A DNA stretch of 64,000 bases from Raillietiella orientalis. Lineage: Eukaryota. The stretch lies in contig JAYWIR010000005.1 in NCBI GenBank assembly GCA_036172245.1, forward strand, positions 62,001 to 126,000, read 5' to 3'. The translations under genes and the position numbers were made by a program. Under the pieces are notes generated by a model. It was not told the origin of the DNA and did not search any database. It was given only the letters and a program-made list of their open reading frames with translations. Positions 33,875-48,313 of the stretch are shown here, piece by piece. Position 1 is the stretch's first letter; the number at the start of each line of letters is the position of its first letter.

Positions 33875-35937
33875 TTGCTAAGTGCTGCAAGGAGGACTGT
33901 GGAGGAATTGACACATCGTCAACAGCCTGAAGACATCCCAGTCCTTCGATAGAATTTCTCAAATAGAGCGATTTCTATGCTGGAGTTTCCCTCACGTTTA
34001 TTGCATCTTCCAAGAAGCAGCTTTCAAAGGACGTTCACTTTTCATTTAAGGATTCCTTCCATACTGCATACTCTTAGATTTGAAATCTCGGCCGTACTTG
34101 TGTTTGTCTTGTCCACCCATTCATGCAATTGTGGAATCAGAAACGGCGTTTCGATAGTTTGCGACGTTTAGAATTGCTGACTCATGAAAATGGAAGCACA
34201 TGGACTCTGCTGGAGTATTTGATTTCAGTTTATCTCGACAAATTTTGATGCTGATTAGAATGCTGCTCGCTTTGAAGTGGAAAGTTTCCTCATTTTTTTT
34301 CTTTTCGCCGGTTTCAATCCGGAATCATCGGATTAATCCGTGGACTCCTCGGGACTTTCCAGGAGAGAATTTTTGCGAGCTAGAAAGTCCAAGACGCTCA
34401 AGGGATGTGCAACTAACAGAATCAAGCGGACCTGAACAGGAGACCGAGTTGTCGCCATTGTGACTTGGAAACGGAAGCTTCTCCCGCTGCGGCGCAGCCT
34501 CCTGAAACTGCTGTACTTGCTTCTGTGGTACATACACTAAGATCGAAACTGCTCCATACAGGAATCAGGAGTTCTGGCAGGGTTTAACGATGACTCCTTC
34601 AGGGGGGAAGGAGGGAGGGGCGATGCAAATCGGAACGGATCGTTTTGAAGCGAAATCACGCAAATCCGAAATACACGAAATGGCGGACATGCGCAATTGG
34701 AAAATCCAAGCAGCGTTCCGCAAGTAGAGCAGCGCTGCCATCACATTTCCCAAAAAATGGAACAAGTGGGCAGTTTTTCGCGTGGATCACTCTTTCGATT
34801 TTCATAGTGATGCTGAGATGACACCCGAAGGAAAAGATCGGGCGTCAGAAGAGCTGGAAATGAAGGCAAAACTCGAATTTTCAGTACGCTTGTACACTGC
34901 GAGCGTCGAGATGCTGTCCATGAAATGTCTGCCAGAATGCGCGGGGCTGAAGAACTCCCTTCCAGTATTTCTGGGACACATGGGCTTTGTGTTCACGTAT
35001 CAAATGCAACATGAAGATCCCGTGGATTTTCCATCATACGTTGGTCCTATTTAAAGATGCTGAGAGTCCATCTGGAGTGTGCACCGAGGGGGTGGTGATC
35101 GATCGCATATGCTCCGCTGTTCCATCGCCTCAAGTTGGTGAGCTTCGACACCATGCTGCGAAAGGTGTTTGTGAATTGTGCCATGAGACGCAGTCGATGT
35201 GAGCATCACGAGTAGCCTCGACGATCATCGTCGTTCCTCACTTCATGAGAACAGCGTGAGCATCTGAATGCTTTCACTTTAAAGCTGCATGCAATGGATA
35301 GCAGTTTCTCGGGGGCGACTTGGCGACGGCAAGCCGAGCTTCAAACCAGTTCCAGAGGTCCTGACCCACCCGACCGGCAGGATTGCTGCTCCCTGCGCGC
35401 GCACATCGCCGCCGCCGCATCTCGACACCCGCCTTGCTGAGCATCGCCCTTTCCGAGCGAAGGAGCTACGCACGGCCGCCGCGGTGGTCATGTGCCGCTT
35501 CCATTGTCTACGTCGAGTCATCCCGGCTTCAAGGGAAGTCAACGGCGACAGGCCTATTTCTCGGACGTGTTCCTGTGGCTGGAAGTGGCCAAACAGGGAT
35601 ACGCGGAAACCAAAAAGGGCGTTCCTTCCACTCTACGCAGACTTCGCGGTGAGCGACGATAGACCGGTGATTTGGCACTTCCCTCCCCGATCACCAACTC
35701 GTTCGTCCCACTGTTTGTTGCTTCTTTCTTAAGTGCCGGCAGCGAAGCAGCACGCTACTCTTCAGCCAGGTGCAACCAGCAGGAAAGCGGAAGTCTCTTC
35801 GTCTGTTTGCTTGGACGCCTGAGGCTCAACAGAATGATCAGGCGGCAAGTGCACTCAAACACAAGAGCGGATTATGATCATGATAAATGCTTTTCAGCTG
35901 TCCAATCTGTCTCCGTGAACTTGATCTGTGACTCACT

Positions 35938-37755
35938 GCCCGCGTCGGAAGCCACTTGGTCACGGTCTTCGAGCGTGGCAGCTCCAAGCAGCGCGGGTTC
36001 GAATACTCGGCAAGAATCGACTCCGTGAGATGGAAGGGGGAGGGGGGGTGTCTTAGGTTCGAGTTCCTCTTGCGAGATGACGCTGGTTGGCCTCTATTCG
36101 GGTGCGGCACTGGTTGACACCGGTCACGCTGGGACATGTATTTATAAAATGAACATCCATGTCTGTGGCAGGACGTTTGATCCTGCCACGTTACTTATAA
36201 CTACGAGGAGGAACCTCCAGTGTTCTGACACGTAGGCCAGCTGGTTCGCCCTGACAGCACAAGGGAAGGGGAGGCACACAAAAGGAAGAAAATAAAACAA
36301 AAAATGTAATCAAAGAATGAAAGGGTTCGGGAAGGGATCACTGTGTTCTGGAAGGCGTCCTCTGCATCCTTGTGAGGATGCTGGCAAGTTCCTGTTTCGA
36401 CACTCCCAGATGGGACCATCTTGACGCTGTCCTCATGAAGAAGACAGCAAAATAGAAGGCGTCCCTGTCTTCCTGGCCTTGATCCCGCTGCGTGGGCAGC
36501 AAAGGGCTGGTAGGGATTTAGCCGGCGTGAGGACGTCGCGCAGGAAGAGGTGCTTTACAATGTCTCTGGCGTTGCCACCGAAGGTCGTAGCAAAGCGTCC
36601 CCAAAGGGGCCGGAGGGCAACACAATCCACTAGGAGGTGCGGAAGGGATTCCCTCTCCCCGCACCTTGCACAGTTTGGACCCACATACCCTCGTATCCAA
36701 TGATGCCAGTGGGCTTTTCGGGAGGCCCAGTGCAGCAGCATCAATGCCGACTCCTGACACTCTAAGGGGAGGGCGCGGGTGTTTGTGAGCACCGGGAGCC
36801 ACTCCAGGTCTTCCTTCGGAATATGCAGTAGCTCGCCCCAGAGCAAAAGTCCATGGGGTAGAGAACTCGGGGTCTCATTGTCGGTAAGCTGACCCGTTGT
36901 CCACTCTGTCCACTCTGGTCCAGTCCTATTCTCTTTCCGGAGATTTCCACAGTAACCTCCCAATTTTTCCGCGAGGTTGCTGCCCACGTGTTCCCACTAA
37001 GGGAAGGCAGTGTAGCGGCGAGAAAGGTTCTGCTTGCCCACGCACTCTTCACATGATCTTCCAGGATCTCCCGGAGGGTTGTTGCGGGCGTACAGGAAAC
37101 ATCGCACCTACTCCGCGCTTGGCTCCTGGATCCTTGTCCACGTACAAACAGTTTCTTGCAACCAGGCACTACCGCTCGCGGGGCAGCACTGGTGGAAGCC
37201 GCGAACCGGATGCCCCTGTTGACACTCCAAAGTTCCTCCAGGAATTCAAGGAGTCAGTTCCCTTCGGGGCTCCCCTCTGGTTGTGCAGATGGGGCCGTAC
37301 ATGGAGTTGGTTGATACTCCCTTTGGAAGTCTGACTCTCCAGAGTATCAGAAGCGCGCTGCTCCCTTCAGAGAAAATAGGGAAGCTTCCCTTCGGGGTTC
37401 TCTTCAGAGGAGGAAACAAGGAGCGGATTCCTTGGGAGCAGGTTCCCTTCGAAGAAGAAACGAGGAGAGACTCCTCCTCCCCCGGATCCCTGCTGCGGAA
37501 TGAGGGAGAGGTTCCCTTTGGGGTTCCCTACCAAGCGTGGGTGGAAAGGACTCCTTCCTCTGGAGCCTTCCTGGATTCATAAGGTGGTCCCCCCCCAGGG
37601 CGCCCCCTATCTTGAATTCTACATCCACCCTCGGGTGGCGTGGACAGCATTCAATAGCTTCGTGAGCCCCTAGGCGAGCGGTTCTTCAGTACTAGGCGAA
37701 TGGAAAAAAAAAAAAAACCAAAAAAAAAAAAACACTGGAAGGAAAGCAGCGAAAT
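35938..37755 (+). mobile_element. SINE-like copy G, split into head (35938-36113) and body/tail (37181-37755) by the family-B LINE fragment
   Basis: Head GCCCGCGTCGGAAG with two GGTTCGA motifs. The body resumes at the same consensus position after 37180, and the tail has the same layout as copy D. Confidence 0.78.
36114..37180 (-). mobile_element. LINE 3'-end fragment, family B copy 2, inserted into a SINE copy
   Basis: TLREILED..PNCARCGERESLPHLLVDCVALRPL..LFLRDVL. It is flanked by the near-duplicated GGTGCGGCACTGGT / GGGCAGCACTGGT. Confidence 0.8.
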
Positions 37756-37979
37756 AGAGGAGCCCAGAAGGATTTTTATCATCCTAGGTCAATAGTGACA
37801 ATCTCCTCGTGAGGTCGCTACCGGCCTTTCAAAAGACGGAAGGATCAAAGAAGTTGGCGATCATGAAGTTGCCTAACACGCGCCATATTGTGATCTTGCA
37901 GCAGTTGGAAACATTGGCTCATCAGCGACGAAAGTGTGTCAACACCAGATTCCAGCAGCGAGTCGGGTGTTCCCGAATC

Positions 37980-39400
37980 AAAGAGATGCATACCAGAAAA
38001 GTAACGGCCCTTTAGGAACAGAAGTGCCGTTACTTCACTGACTGGAGCTCTAAATGACCACACCATGAGGCACCTTTACTTGTGGCTTCAAGACGAGAAC
38101 GCATATTTTCTATGTGACCGAGAATGAAAGGCTGGCAGACCGGGGGCGTGGTCGTAAACGGCAGCATATGCTTGGGATAGGAAGACGCTGCTCCATTACG
38201 TGAACATTCTTGATGCAAATCCGGAAGTAAGTAGACAGTACTGCAAACCTTTGAAAAAAAACACCCTGAAGAAGTTTGGAAAGCAACCCCGCAGTGGTCC
38301 ACGTTTGAAGGAAATATTCGGTCTAGTCCGGAGTTCACTGTCGGCTCGTCGCTTTCACACAAGAGTCCAAGCTACTTCCAGCAACTAATGCGGCTTCCTG
38401 TTGGTTATTGCATCTCTTTGACTTCCTACCACGTTATGAAAACCTGATCCAGAAGATCACATTGAAGTTTTCCCGTAACCACGTAAAGAAAGGGCAGTGA
38501 AGAGAGGACACTGGACTGTGAATCTACGAGGAAACACATCAGGACAGCTCCGTCGAACCTCAGAAAGATGTTTCAGCTATCTCACTTCGATGCACATTGA
38601 GGTCTTTTAAACAACTGATGCTGTTCACCACTGATGAAAAAAAGAAAAAGTATCATCCTTCCTCGAATACGGATGTAATTACTCTTGACTCGCCTCTTGA
38701 AAGGAGGCAAGTCACTAGGGTCTTCAGCTTTGGCCATCTCCGTTTTCAAGGCTGGTATCAAACGGTTTCTAAAGCTGTAAGCCAATCGTATGAAAACCAT
38801 CATGACGTAAGAAATAAGACAGCCTCCATACAAAGGTGTGAATCCGCAAAAGGTTCGTATGGACAGTGCCAAACAAGCCCACACTTTCGTAAGTGGGGAA
38901 ATTCACAAAGAAGAAAACGCCATTGGAGTCCGCTGAGACAAGTTCATCACCGAGGAGAATCCCAGAAAAAATAGGAGTCCCAAGTCATACCTGAAAATTT
39001 GTGAACTTTTCACATCAGCAGCGGCAGGACCACAAACAGCATCGTCATGAGAAGGAAAACAGGAGACCAGAGGATTTTTTGAGGCTTGTACTCGATAGAT
39101 GGAAGCAGTGCTGACACTCGTACAGGATGACTCTGAAGTCTTAGATGACTGCAGATCGGTCTGCAACAATTTCGCCACTCTCTTACGCCGACAGTCTTCA
39201 ATTCTTCATGACCAACAACGGCGATCACAACGTTCGTAATCTTGAAGAGAATAGAAAAAGTACAATGATCGATGCTGAAAAGTCAAAATTCATGGAATCG
39301 GAATCTGAACGCAGCCATTCCAAGAAAACTGAGCTTCAAAAGCACACGATAGGATGAAGAACACGGACGTCTGCATATTGAGATATCACGCAGAGATCGC
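37980..39400 (+). mobile_element. Possible highly degenerate Ty3/gypsy-like pol remnant
   Basis: Fragmented frames give HEAPLLVASRRE, IFGLV/SPSYFQQLM (RT-like), L*KPDPEDHIEVF (RNase H linker-like) and DDCRSVCNN (integrase CxxC-like) in the expected order, with many stops. Confidence 0.3.
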
Positions 39401-42400
39401 ACCATCCATGGTGGTCTCTGCGAATAAGTGAACGAAAGAGGACGCAAGCAGATACTTGCGAGTATTACTCTGATTTTTGCCAAGAGCAACGGGAAATCTG
39501 TGGGAAGGCGTCCTTCTTCTAAAGATGCTGTACTGCTCAGATTCCAAATGACCTGGAAGCAACAAAAAAATTCTGCTGAATCCAACGAGCGCCGGCGTAA
39601 ACAGATGTGAAATCCGGGAGAAAAGTGTAACACCACAGTCAACAGAAGGAAGGAAAAAGAGGAGTAGGGACGGGAGATCTCACTCTTCTGAATCTTGCTA
39701 ACGTCAAGAAATTCGTAGCGAAAGTGACCAGATGGGAGAGTAGCTACTGTCTCGGGCAAATGTCCGCCCTCACACATGGTGAAAGCAGGTAAAGAGATAT
39801 CGATTTCGCCTAGAAATGAAGCAAAGACTCATCCACCTCCATCTTAAGGTCATCTCGAGGGCTGAGGACTTATGGAGAGGAGAACTTCCAACAGTATGGA
39901 CGTGATGGGCGATAGCGGATGGCTCAGCCAACGACTACACTTGAAGATCTTCGATCTTCAATCTTCACTTCAAAAGATCTTCGATCTTCAAGTGTGGTCG
40001 TTGATTGCGAGAAACTTTCACTTTTTGCCTCACCTCATAGTCTGTTCCACAATCTCGAAAAGGGACGTCAAAAAAGCTTTGAGCTTGACCCAAGGGTGGA
40101 GCATGATCCGTTGATAAACACAGATCACTCTGTCAGATGCATGACCATGCATTCTTTTAGAAACGAGGGCAAGACTGGAAGCCTAACATGTACACCCATG
40201 GGCACGAGGAACGACCTCCTCATGCTTCACCATGAATTGGACTCTGGACTGGAAACCGAGGTGATGAGTTCCTCAAGGAATGTAAGGAACGAGGAGCCGA
40301 ACTTCACCTTCACCGAGATTGGAACTTCGGAGTGCGACTTGGCATCTCAGCTCAGGAAACCTTAATACGCTCTGTCCAGGACAGAAAGCAATCTCTACCT
40401 ACGAATTAGGGCTCTTTATCACAGCAACTGTGATGAGAATGCATGTCATCCGAAACGGAAGATGGACTCCAGCCGTGGACATCCCAGAAAACCCAAGGAA
40501 AAAAGATGTTGAAATCAGACAGTGCGATAGCGTGCCAACAGATAATTACCAACACTTTTCATAGTGGATACGACAGGCCCACGCGAGACCAAGAACCGTA
40601 ACTCAGCAACTATAATAACGAGGAAGGAGGTGCACGGGTGGAAGACAGACAACAGCTGTCGATATAATGTACTGCAAGTGTGAGAGGAAACCTTATAAAT
40701 TATGTGTGAATCAGAATTAGAAATAAAATATCCCACCTCGAGAGGACTACAGCAAAGGATTCTCTATCCTTGTTTCTGCTCTGCATATCGGAAAATTTGA
40801 AGAAAAAAAATTTTTTTTTCGGATATTATGATTTAAGTGGTATTACAGAAGGCATTACAGATCAGTCCATCTCTACTTATAAATCCCAAGTATACACTAA
40901 GAGGACGTGGTGCAGATTTTTTTATTTGTTTCTATACTTTAAGGTCGTACTTTTACCGATTTGTTTTTCATTTTTTTTCGAGGGTAAACTTTGAAAGTTT
41001 GTATCCAATGAATATCACATTTGTTTTGCTTTATTTTTCGGAAGTTTTTTTTTTTTGTCAGAAGAAAGTCATCAACATTTTTGGCTTCAGGTGTAATCTT
41101 CTGTAATGGAAAGGGCACCTGTTAATTTCTGACAATCCATCGCATGACTTTTCAAATGAGTTCTTGCACAAAAGTACCATTTTCTACTGACAGCCGAATG
41201 TTTCTGCCGTCCGACCGCCTGCTGGGATGCGTGCATGCGAAAACGGAAAAGCAGCCAATGCACGTCAAAAATCCGGTGTGTTTACCCAAAGGATGAGAAC
41301 ACACGAGGTATTTAGAATAAAGCACCATCAAGTATGCAATAAAATATTACGTTAAGGAACATTCGATAACATTAATCGAAATAGCAGGGAAACACCAACG
41401 GGGTTTCTAGATTATTTGGCCCATGTTTAACGAATTGCATTAGCTTACCATGATTGAAGTGTTTCATACATTTCTGGAAATTCAATCAAAAATGGTACAT
41501 TTTCTACGTCATTATCTGCTGATGCTTTCAGGCAGCCAAAAAATTGGGTGAACACTTAATGTGATTTACGCCAGTAAGCCTGAAAATACTTTGTTCTTAA
41601 CTTTGTTTCCCAAGCAGCAAAACCAAGTTTTCCTTGAAGTTAAAGCGAACTGGAAAACTGAAACCACTTTGTGTGTAATTTATGCACGTAGAGAACAAGT
41701 AAAATATTTATTGTGCTCGTATACCAGAACTGCTGAGCAGTTAACAAAGAACTTAATTAGCCATATATCATTTCATCTAAGCAAATAAGCCACAAGGGTA
41801 ATGGCAGAGCAGACCAGCATCCACAGAATGTGATGGGTACATTTAGAGGTTACTTTTACACCAGTATATGTGTGCCTCTGTAACTGATCTGATTAGATCA
41901 GATTATCAAAATGTTTTCTCCTGTTGAGTACTCACCTGTTGTAACTCTTAAGACTACAAAAACCACAGAGCACCATTAATAATTTAGAGGTCTATCAGTC
42001 AGTTTTCAACAGTTCTTGTTAACTGCTGCTATTAAACATGTAACTTATAACTTTTGGAGGACAGTTAATTGAGAATGATTCACTCAATTGATGAGTACCT
42101 TAAGTAATATTTGATCTCAGTTTTTGACAACTTTCCCATCTTGGTTATGCTAAAGCAACACAAAGTAGTTCCCTAGTCCATATCACATACTCCCATAAAC
42201 ATAATATGTAGACTTAGTGAACACTCAACTTCACTTCAGTCAGTAATAACCCAGACTTCAAGCAGTCAGTTGTTCCAAGTTTCAGTTATAATAAAGATAG
42301 TAAAACATCTTGAAAGCACATAAGAAACACTAGAAAAATTGCAATTTGACACTAGCACTACTACATTGTAATGTTCTGAATGAAAACTTAGCACTTGAGT

Positions 42401-42547
42401 TGTTCCCTTTTTATTTACATCAGCATATTACAAAATTGATTCTTGTTCTCAACACTGTGAGTGCACTTTGATAATTTACTGATTATGCAGATTTTAACAA
42501 ACAAATGATTTTTTAAGAACTTCTCTGAATTCTTCACTCCCAACAAC

Positions 42548-43276
42548 TTATTCAAGACCAGGTATGTCATCATCTGAATCTTGGTCATCATCAAAATCTC
42601 CCATTGGTTCTCCCATATCAGTAACCTGTTTAAACATCTGCAAAGTAAAATTATAAACTTGCACATAAGCATGCATATTACATCAAAATCCGCATTTCCG
42701 TTGTCTTCATCATCCTCTTCTTCTTTCCACTTATTAAAGTCTACTTTCAGCCAATGCTGCTTAACCTTAGTATTCAATAGTTGAGGCCAGTAAGGACCTT
42801 CTTCCTTTTTTTTAAGGCAAAGTTCTATTGATCGACCTCGAACCTCTACTTTGGATTCCTAAAAAAAAAAATTATATTTAACCTATGTGAAATGCGAAAA
42901 TTCAGAGCTTAAGTAACCACGTGACATTTTAGAAGCTTTCGCAACTGAAGAATAAATATTAGCACCCACCTCGGGTACGATTTCCTTGTACAAATCCATG
43001 CAAACTTCATATTCTCTAAAATCACTCCCTCCTGTGCCTTTGAAATAGATTTTTTGAGGCTGCACATCAATCTGGGGTTCTTTACAATCTTCCAACAATA
43101 TGGTTAAAAAAAGTACACTTTTCCGTTGGGCCCACATAACTGGAGGCGGCAACACCCTGTCGATACAAATACATGCTTTAAGCAGTGGCACAAAAGTTTT
43201 TGGATAACGGAAAATGGTCACTTTACAATTGTATTAGAACACAATGATTAACACATACTTACTTTGATTCAGGCAT
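42548..43276 (-). CDS. PTGES3: Hsp90 co-chaperone p23 / prostaglandin E synthase 3, ~155 aa. Exons 43276-43263, 43156-42970, 42858-42682, 42637-42548
   Basis: MPESK|VLPPPVMWAQRKSVLFLTILLEDCKEP..YFKG..LYKEIVPE|ESK..RGRSIELCLKKKEEGPYWPQLL..KQHWLKVDFNKWKEEED|..DSDDDIPGLE*. Contains the CS domain, the WLKVDFNKW signature and an acidic tail. Junctions are GT-AG and in phase. Confidence 0.93.
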
Positions 43277-46200
43277 GCTTACTACGCTATGTTACTAACA
43301 ACTATAAAATTCAATTATTTCCCTCAATGAGTTCCTCCTGGGATTCTCACAAGAATACTCACAAGGATAATAATTCCAAGCGGAAATATGGCGCTTCAGA
43401 GTACCAGTCATTTCTTTTTTGTTTTTACATTAGCATTTAATGAGAGTAATGAATAGTGCAGTGTTGAATAGAATGAATGAAATAATGGTTTAACTACTGC
43501 ATAAGATGACAAAATAGCATTCAATTGATTTATTTAAAAATATTTTCCTTATGCTAAGGTTGCTTGTCAAATTTACATGCAAGTGATCAACATATCACAA
43601 ATTTGGAAATTTTCTCTCAGATCCATACATTGTCTTAAACTCTCTATGAAACTGCGATTTGTTTTGTAAATAAACAAATTTTTAAATTTCTTTCATCTTT
43701 TAATAAGTCCGGTTCACTCCTTGACGTATTTGTTTTTATATTCAATTTCTAATGAAAGACTTGAGATCTTCCGATAAAAATATGAATTAATGGATATTTT
43801 GATGACCTTTTCTTACAATATTCTAACAAAAGTATTCAGTTATTCAATCTTCACCAAAGGCCTTATTTCTTTCTGTAATATGCTTATGTGTAGTGTTTCA
43901 GAGTAATGGAATGATAGAGTAATATCAAATTTTTTATTTGCCATCCTCGGTTAGCTAACTATAATTGCGTAGTGAAATTTCTGAATATTTATGAGAAAAC
44001 TTTACCAGTAAAAAGCATAATCTCTGAGAAAAAGTTTTTAGACAAAAATGGATTAACCGCAACCAAATTCCAGGCACATGTTTTTAATCGAACACATTAT
44101 CAGAAGTCTTGTCTAAAAGATTTATAATCTCAAAATATACAATATCGATACAAGGATTAACTCTTTAGATTCGTGAACACTGTCTGTGAGACTTTTCATC
44201 AGGTTTGAAATTATCGATTAATTTCTAAAACAATAAATTTTTAAAAACTTTATTTATGCATATTTGGAAATATAGTAACTACACGATAGTTCCATTCAAT
44301 CCTAAGTGTTAGAAATGTAGTAATTATTCATGTATGCATAAACATTTGCATGCATGTACAATATTTTGGCCCATTGCGTTTTCAGTAACAGCAAAATTAC
44401 ATCAAGTTCCAGAAACAGACTATAAGAAAGAAACAATTCATGTTTCGAAGGAGCATCATTCATTATTCACTATAAATTCACAGATGAAGGAGAAGCGCTG
44501 TTAAGGAAAATCCACTGTAAATACATGCTTAATTTCCTTATGCACTAAGAGAAATATAAGCATGTGATGCATGGAAAAAGTATCATGCCTATACGACTTG
44601 TAAAACTTCGTATTTAAGCAACATATCAAACACTATGCGGTACAATATATTCTCATGTTTCATGTATAACAGAGATGCGTTATCTGTGAAATATAATACA
44701 CTGTACAGTATTATAGCTGAATTCGAGTGCACATAACAAACATGCAATGCTGTTGATAAGATTGTAAATCAATTTAAAATAAGCAGATATGTGGCATATG
44801 CATGGTATGTAAATCTGTTTCAAATTATTACAAAGCGTATCATATTTATGTGTCTCTCAATGTTTGCACATTGTGCTCATGTGTTCCTACGTGTCATTCC
44901 TATTCGGTGTACGGATTACAAACTCATCAGATGCACAGAGCTCTCTACTTCACTATCACATCATTATTGCACTTGATGCCCTAAACTGATCTAAGGATAA
45001 TGTAAGCAGTGCATGATTTGTCACATAATAAGCTATCAAATGAACAAAACTGAATAAAGAAGAGAGAAATATCGTGCAAAAGCACTCACATGTGATATAA
45101 AGACACATAACTACTGCTCCATGTAATGAACTAAATCTCCTTCATCTAATGACCTGACAAAACATTTTTTGCATTGCATGCTCTGTTACAAAGGCATATT
45201 CAGATTTTAGTAGTGTACAAGATTTGAAAGATTTGCGACCAGAATATTCGTTTCATTGCACCAAAGACTGCACAGGTTATTACACAATGTATGGAAGCAG
45301 ACGGTTCCTCCGAAGGGTTGCTGATACATTGAGAACGCACCTTTTGTGTGAACTCATTTAATGAGAAATGGAGTTGGAGCGCTGATGATAGAAAATAAGC
45401 TGATATTAGGGTGGCCACCTCTATGGTTAACGAACAAGTGGGATGATTGTCAACATCATAAGTGCATAATTTCCTTCAAATTCTCAAAAACACGAACAGC
45501 AAAGAAAGGAAATAATAAAGTCTGGAAGAATTAAAATGTGCCGAAGCTCTCACAATGGGATTAAAGAGATACTCGGTGATCCCATTATCATCACTGTCTG
45601 GTTAGACAGCTAAGCAGGTTATCGGTACCTCCAGTCTACCTCTGACGCCAAAAAAATTCTGAGAACTTCCCTAGATCCGTGCACGTCCTCTCCTTTAAGA
45701 AACGGGGAAGTCGTTTCAGGTTTCATTATCCTATGCTAAGATCAACTGCCCATATGTAACAAAAACTTTGTGATAAGTTCCAAGAGCTTAACTAATTATT
45801 CGAACTCGGAAAGCTTCTGTTCAGAAATCTACCAAAAAGGGGTCTGGAATAAATAGGAGGGGATGCTGTCAAAACATAAGTTACTGCCACAAATAGCGAT
45901 CACAAAGAGAGGAAAAAAAAAAGCCGCGATAAGATAATTCATTAGTGGTAATGTGATTGTGAATGTAATTGAAACCAAACTGGCCAAGAACTATTGACGT
46001 TTTCTCTCAGCGCTTGCTGAACAGTTGCACAGAAAGAAAAGAACGATCGAAACAAGGAAGGCTGAGGCAAGCCTAGAGCTCGAGAAAAATGCTTGTTCAG
46101 ATGCATGAAAATCAAAGAGCACTTCGGGGGAACTTTTCCATGCCTTATTTTTCGTCATTCAACAAAGTAAACGCGACGTTTATTTGAAGCTTTCGCGAGA

Positions 46201-48313
46201 ACAAATAAACTCTCGTAACGGATGTTACGATTGCAGATGAAAGCGTGCACCCTGTAGGCGGAAGCTCTCGCCGCAAGAGCCATGTCCAGGCAACTGAAAG
46301 TATTGAAATATATACGTGGAAGTGCCCCTTGCATATCTGCATGGGATCCATCCGATTTTCAGCTTCTGCGCATTTACTGTGTGCGGAAGCCAAAATTAGC
46401 GCGCGCTTGCTTTAGGTAACCTGTCTGGATGTCAGGGTTGCAATGCAATATCCTTATTCTGCGTTGATGACTGATGCGCAGTCTTAGGCACTAGATGTAC
46501 ATCCTTAAACGAATGCAGACCTTTTTCGTTTTTCGTACCTTTTGTTCTAAAATGCGTGTTTCTTCCACAGATATACAGAAATGACGCATTAACAAGAAAC
46601 CAGTAAAAAGTAAGCAATTAAAAATACTAGCGCATACGTCTCATTATTTGTCATTCTTTCATATGATTAATATATGATTCCCACTCTAAAAAAAAGCGCT
46701 TAACGCGCTAGATGTTCTCCAGAGTGCTAACTGCATTTCAGTCAAAAGAACGAAGTTGCTGTTGCTGATAAATATTGACATTTATAAGGTAGCTGCAACG
46801 TGTAATGCCACCTTAGCAAGTTTATAGTAATTAACTGACCAGTAAGTTGGGCTGCTGTAAACTAGTTGCTGGAAAGGTCCAGAAGGTGTGATTTTCGTAA
46901 TATGAACTGACGTTGTGCACTCCATTCGCAAAGAATAGAATAGAATAAAGAGAAAGGTATCAATAAATAAAGTCGTGTGGAGATCAGCAAAATATGAAAG
47001 CCTTGGAACACTCCAGAGCGGTTCTCAGTGATTAGGACTTTTACAAATAATTTGAAAACAGATACTGATTCAGATACCACTATAGAAAATTACAACAGAA
47101 TGAACAATGGAGATGAACCTTCACATTTGAGAAGTACACAGTAGCTGCCGTTACGTGTTGTACAAAAGCGTATTCTTCAGTGGAACAAGAGGCAACGAAA
47201 ACGCAACGAAAAGCACAGCTCCTCTGATTTGCTAAAATTCTCAGAGTTCATGTTTTAAGCATCCATGCACGTTTCCACAAAGCACATCGTATTTCACGCG
47301 TGGTCTTAATGGTACCAAAAAATAAGAATCAGGTGTGAAGTGTGCTGTTTCTGTGGCAAACGAGGACTGAGGAAAAGCGTTCGCTCACGAAGATGGCTGA
47401 AATGGCGTTTTCCAAGCACGTTTTTCCCGTCAGAATTCGTCACGTCTGAGCAGCCAAAGCTCTAGGCAAACGTACCTCGGCACTCATGAAGTCGGGACTT
47501 TTTCCGCAACCTGTGGACAGGAAAGGACGATTCCCGGGTTCCCTTGTCTTCCCATCACGGTGGCCAGAGAATGGGGGCTTCCTTGCTTACCTACCGGTTG
47601 GAGCGGGGGGGGGGCACAGCTCAGACCGGATCGTGGCAATAATACTAACAATTGTTTCCTGCACGTGGTGAATTCATTTGTTGCAGCACACGGCATAAGG
47701 GCACGGGCAATTATTGCCCATCGATTGGAAACTGCGAGCCGATGCCAGCTGGGTCTTCGAGGGAGCAAGAAGGGCGGTCACCCGGTCATCGTTCCGTTCA
47801 GGGAGTGCAGCCTTCCTTCAGATTGAGTCTTTCTCTTCATTTTCCTCCTCCCTTTACGAATTCTGCATTCTGGGGTTTTCCCCCTTCGCATTGAGGCTTT
47901 CGCTGCCGCTGGAAGGACCCACGTTGGTTTGTTATGAAAACGAAGGTGAGCAGGCCGCTTATCGCCAGCGGAAACGGCGGCAGGAGCTGCACGGTACGCA
48001 TTCAGAGCAGGAGCGTTCCCTGGGACGCTCCCGAAGGCTAACCATGCCGTCGGCGTCGACCCGGGGCAACTGACAGGGAAGCAACCACGCTTTGCTTGGA
48101 AACGTCCAGGCACGCTTGCCCTACCAACGATTCCCAATATATTGAGCCACAAACTGCGGAGCATTTTCTACGCACTGAATTTTTTTCAGTTCCTCTTAAG
48201 AAATGTCACACTGCCTTTGGACAAGCCGCTTTAGGGTGAAGTATGCTTTCTCAGGAAATGAGCAGCAAGTTTGAGAATCACGGATTCAAAGCTTTGATTC
48301 CAAATCTGTTACC

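Noticed and set aside
39939..39992. Short tandem duplication AAGATCTTCGATCTTCAA x2 (similar small duplications at ~8730, ~12580, ~23290)
   Set aside because: Ordinary slippage duplications with only two units and no spacers, so not CRISPR-like.
44143..44150. DRE motif TATCGATA upstream of p23
   Set aside because: A single 8-mer ~870 bp from the ATG in AT-rich DNA is compatible with chance.
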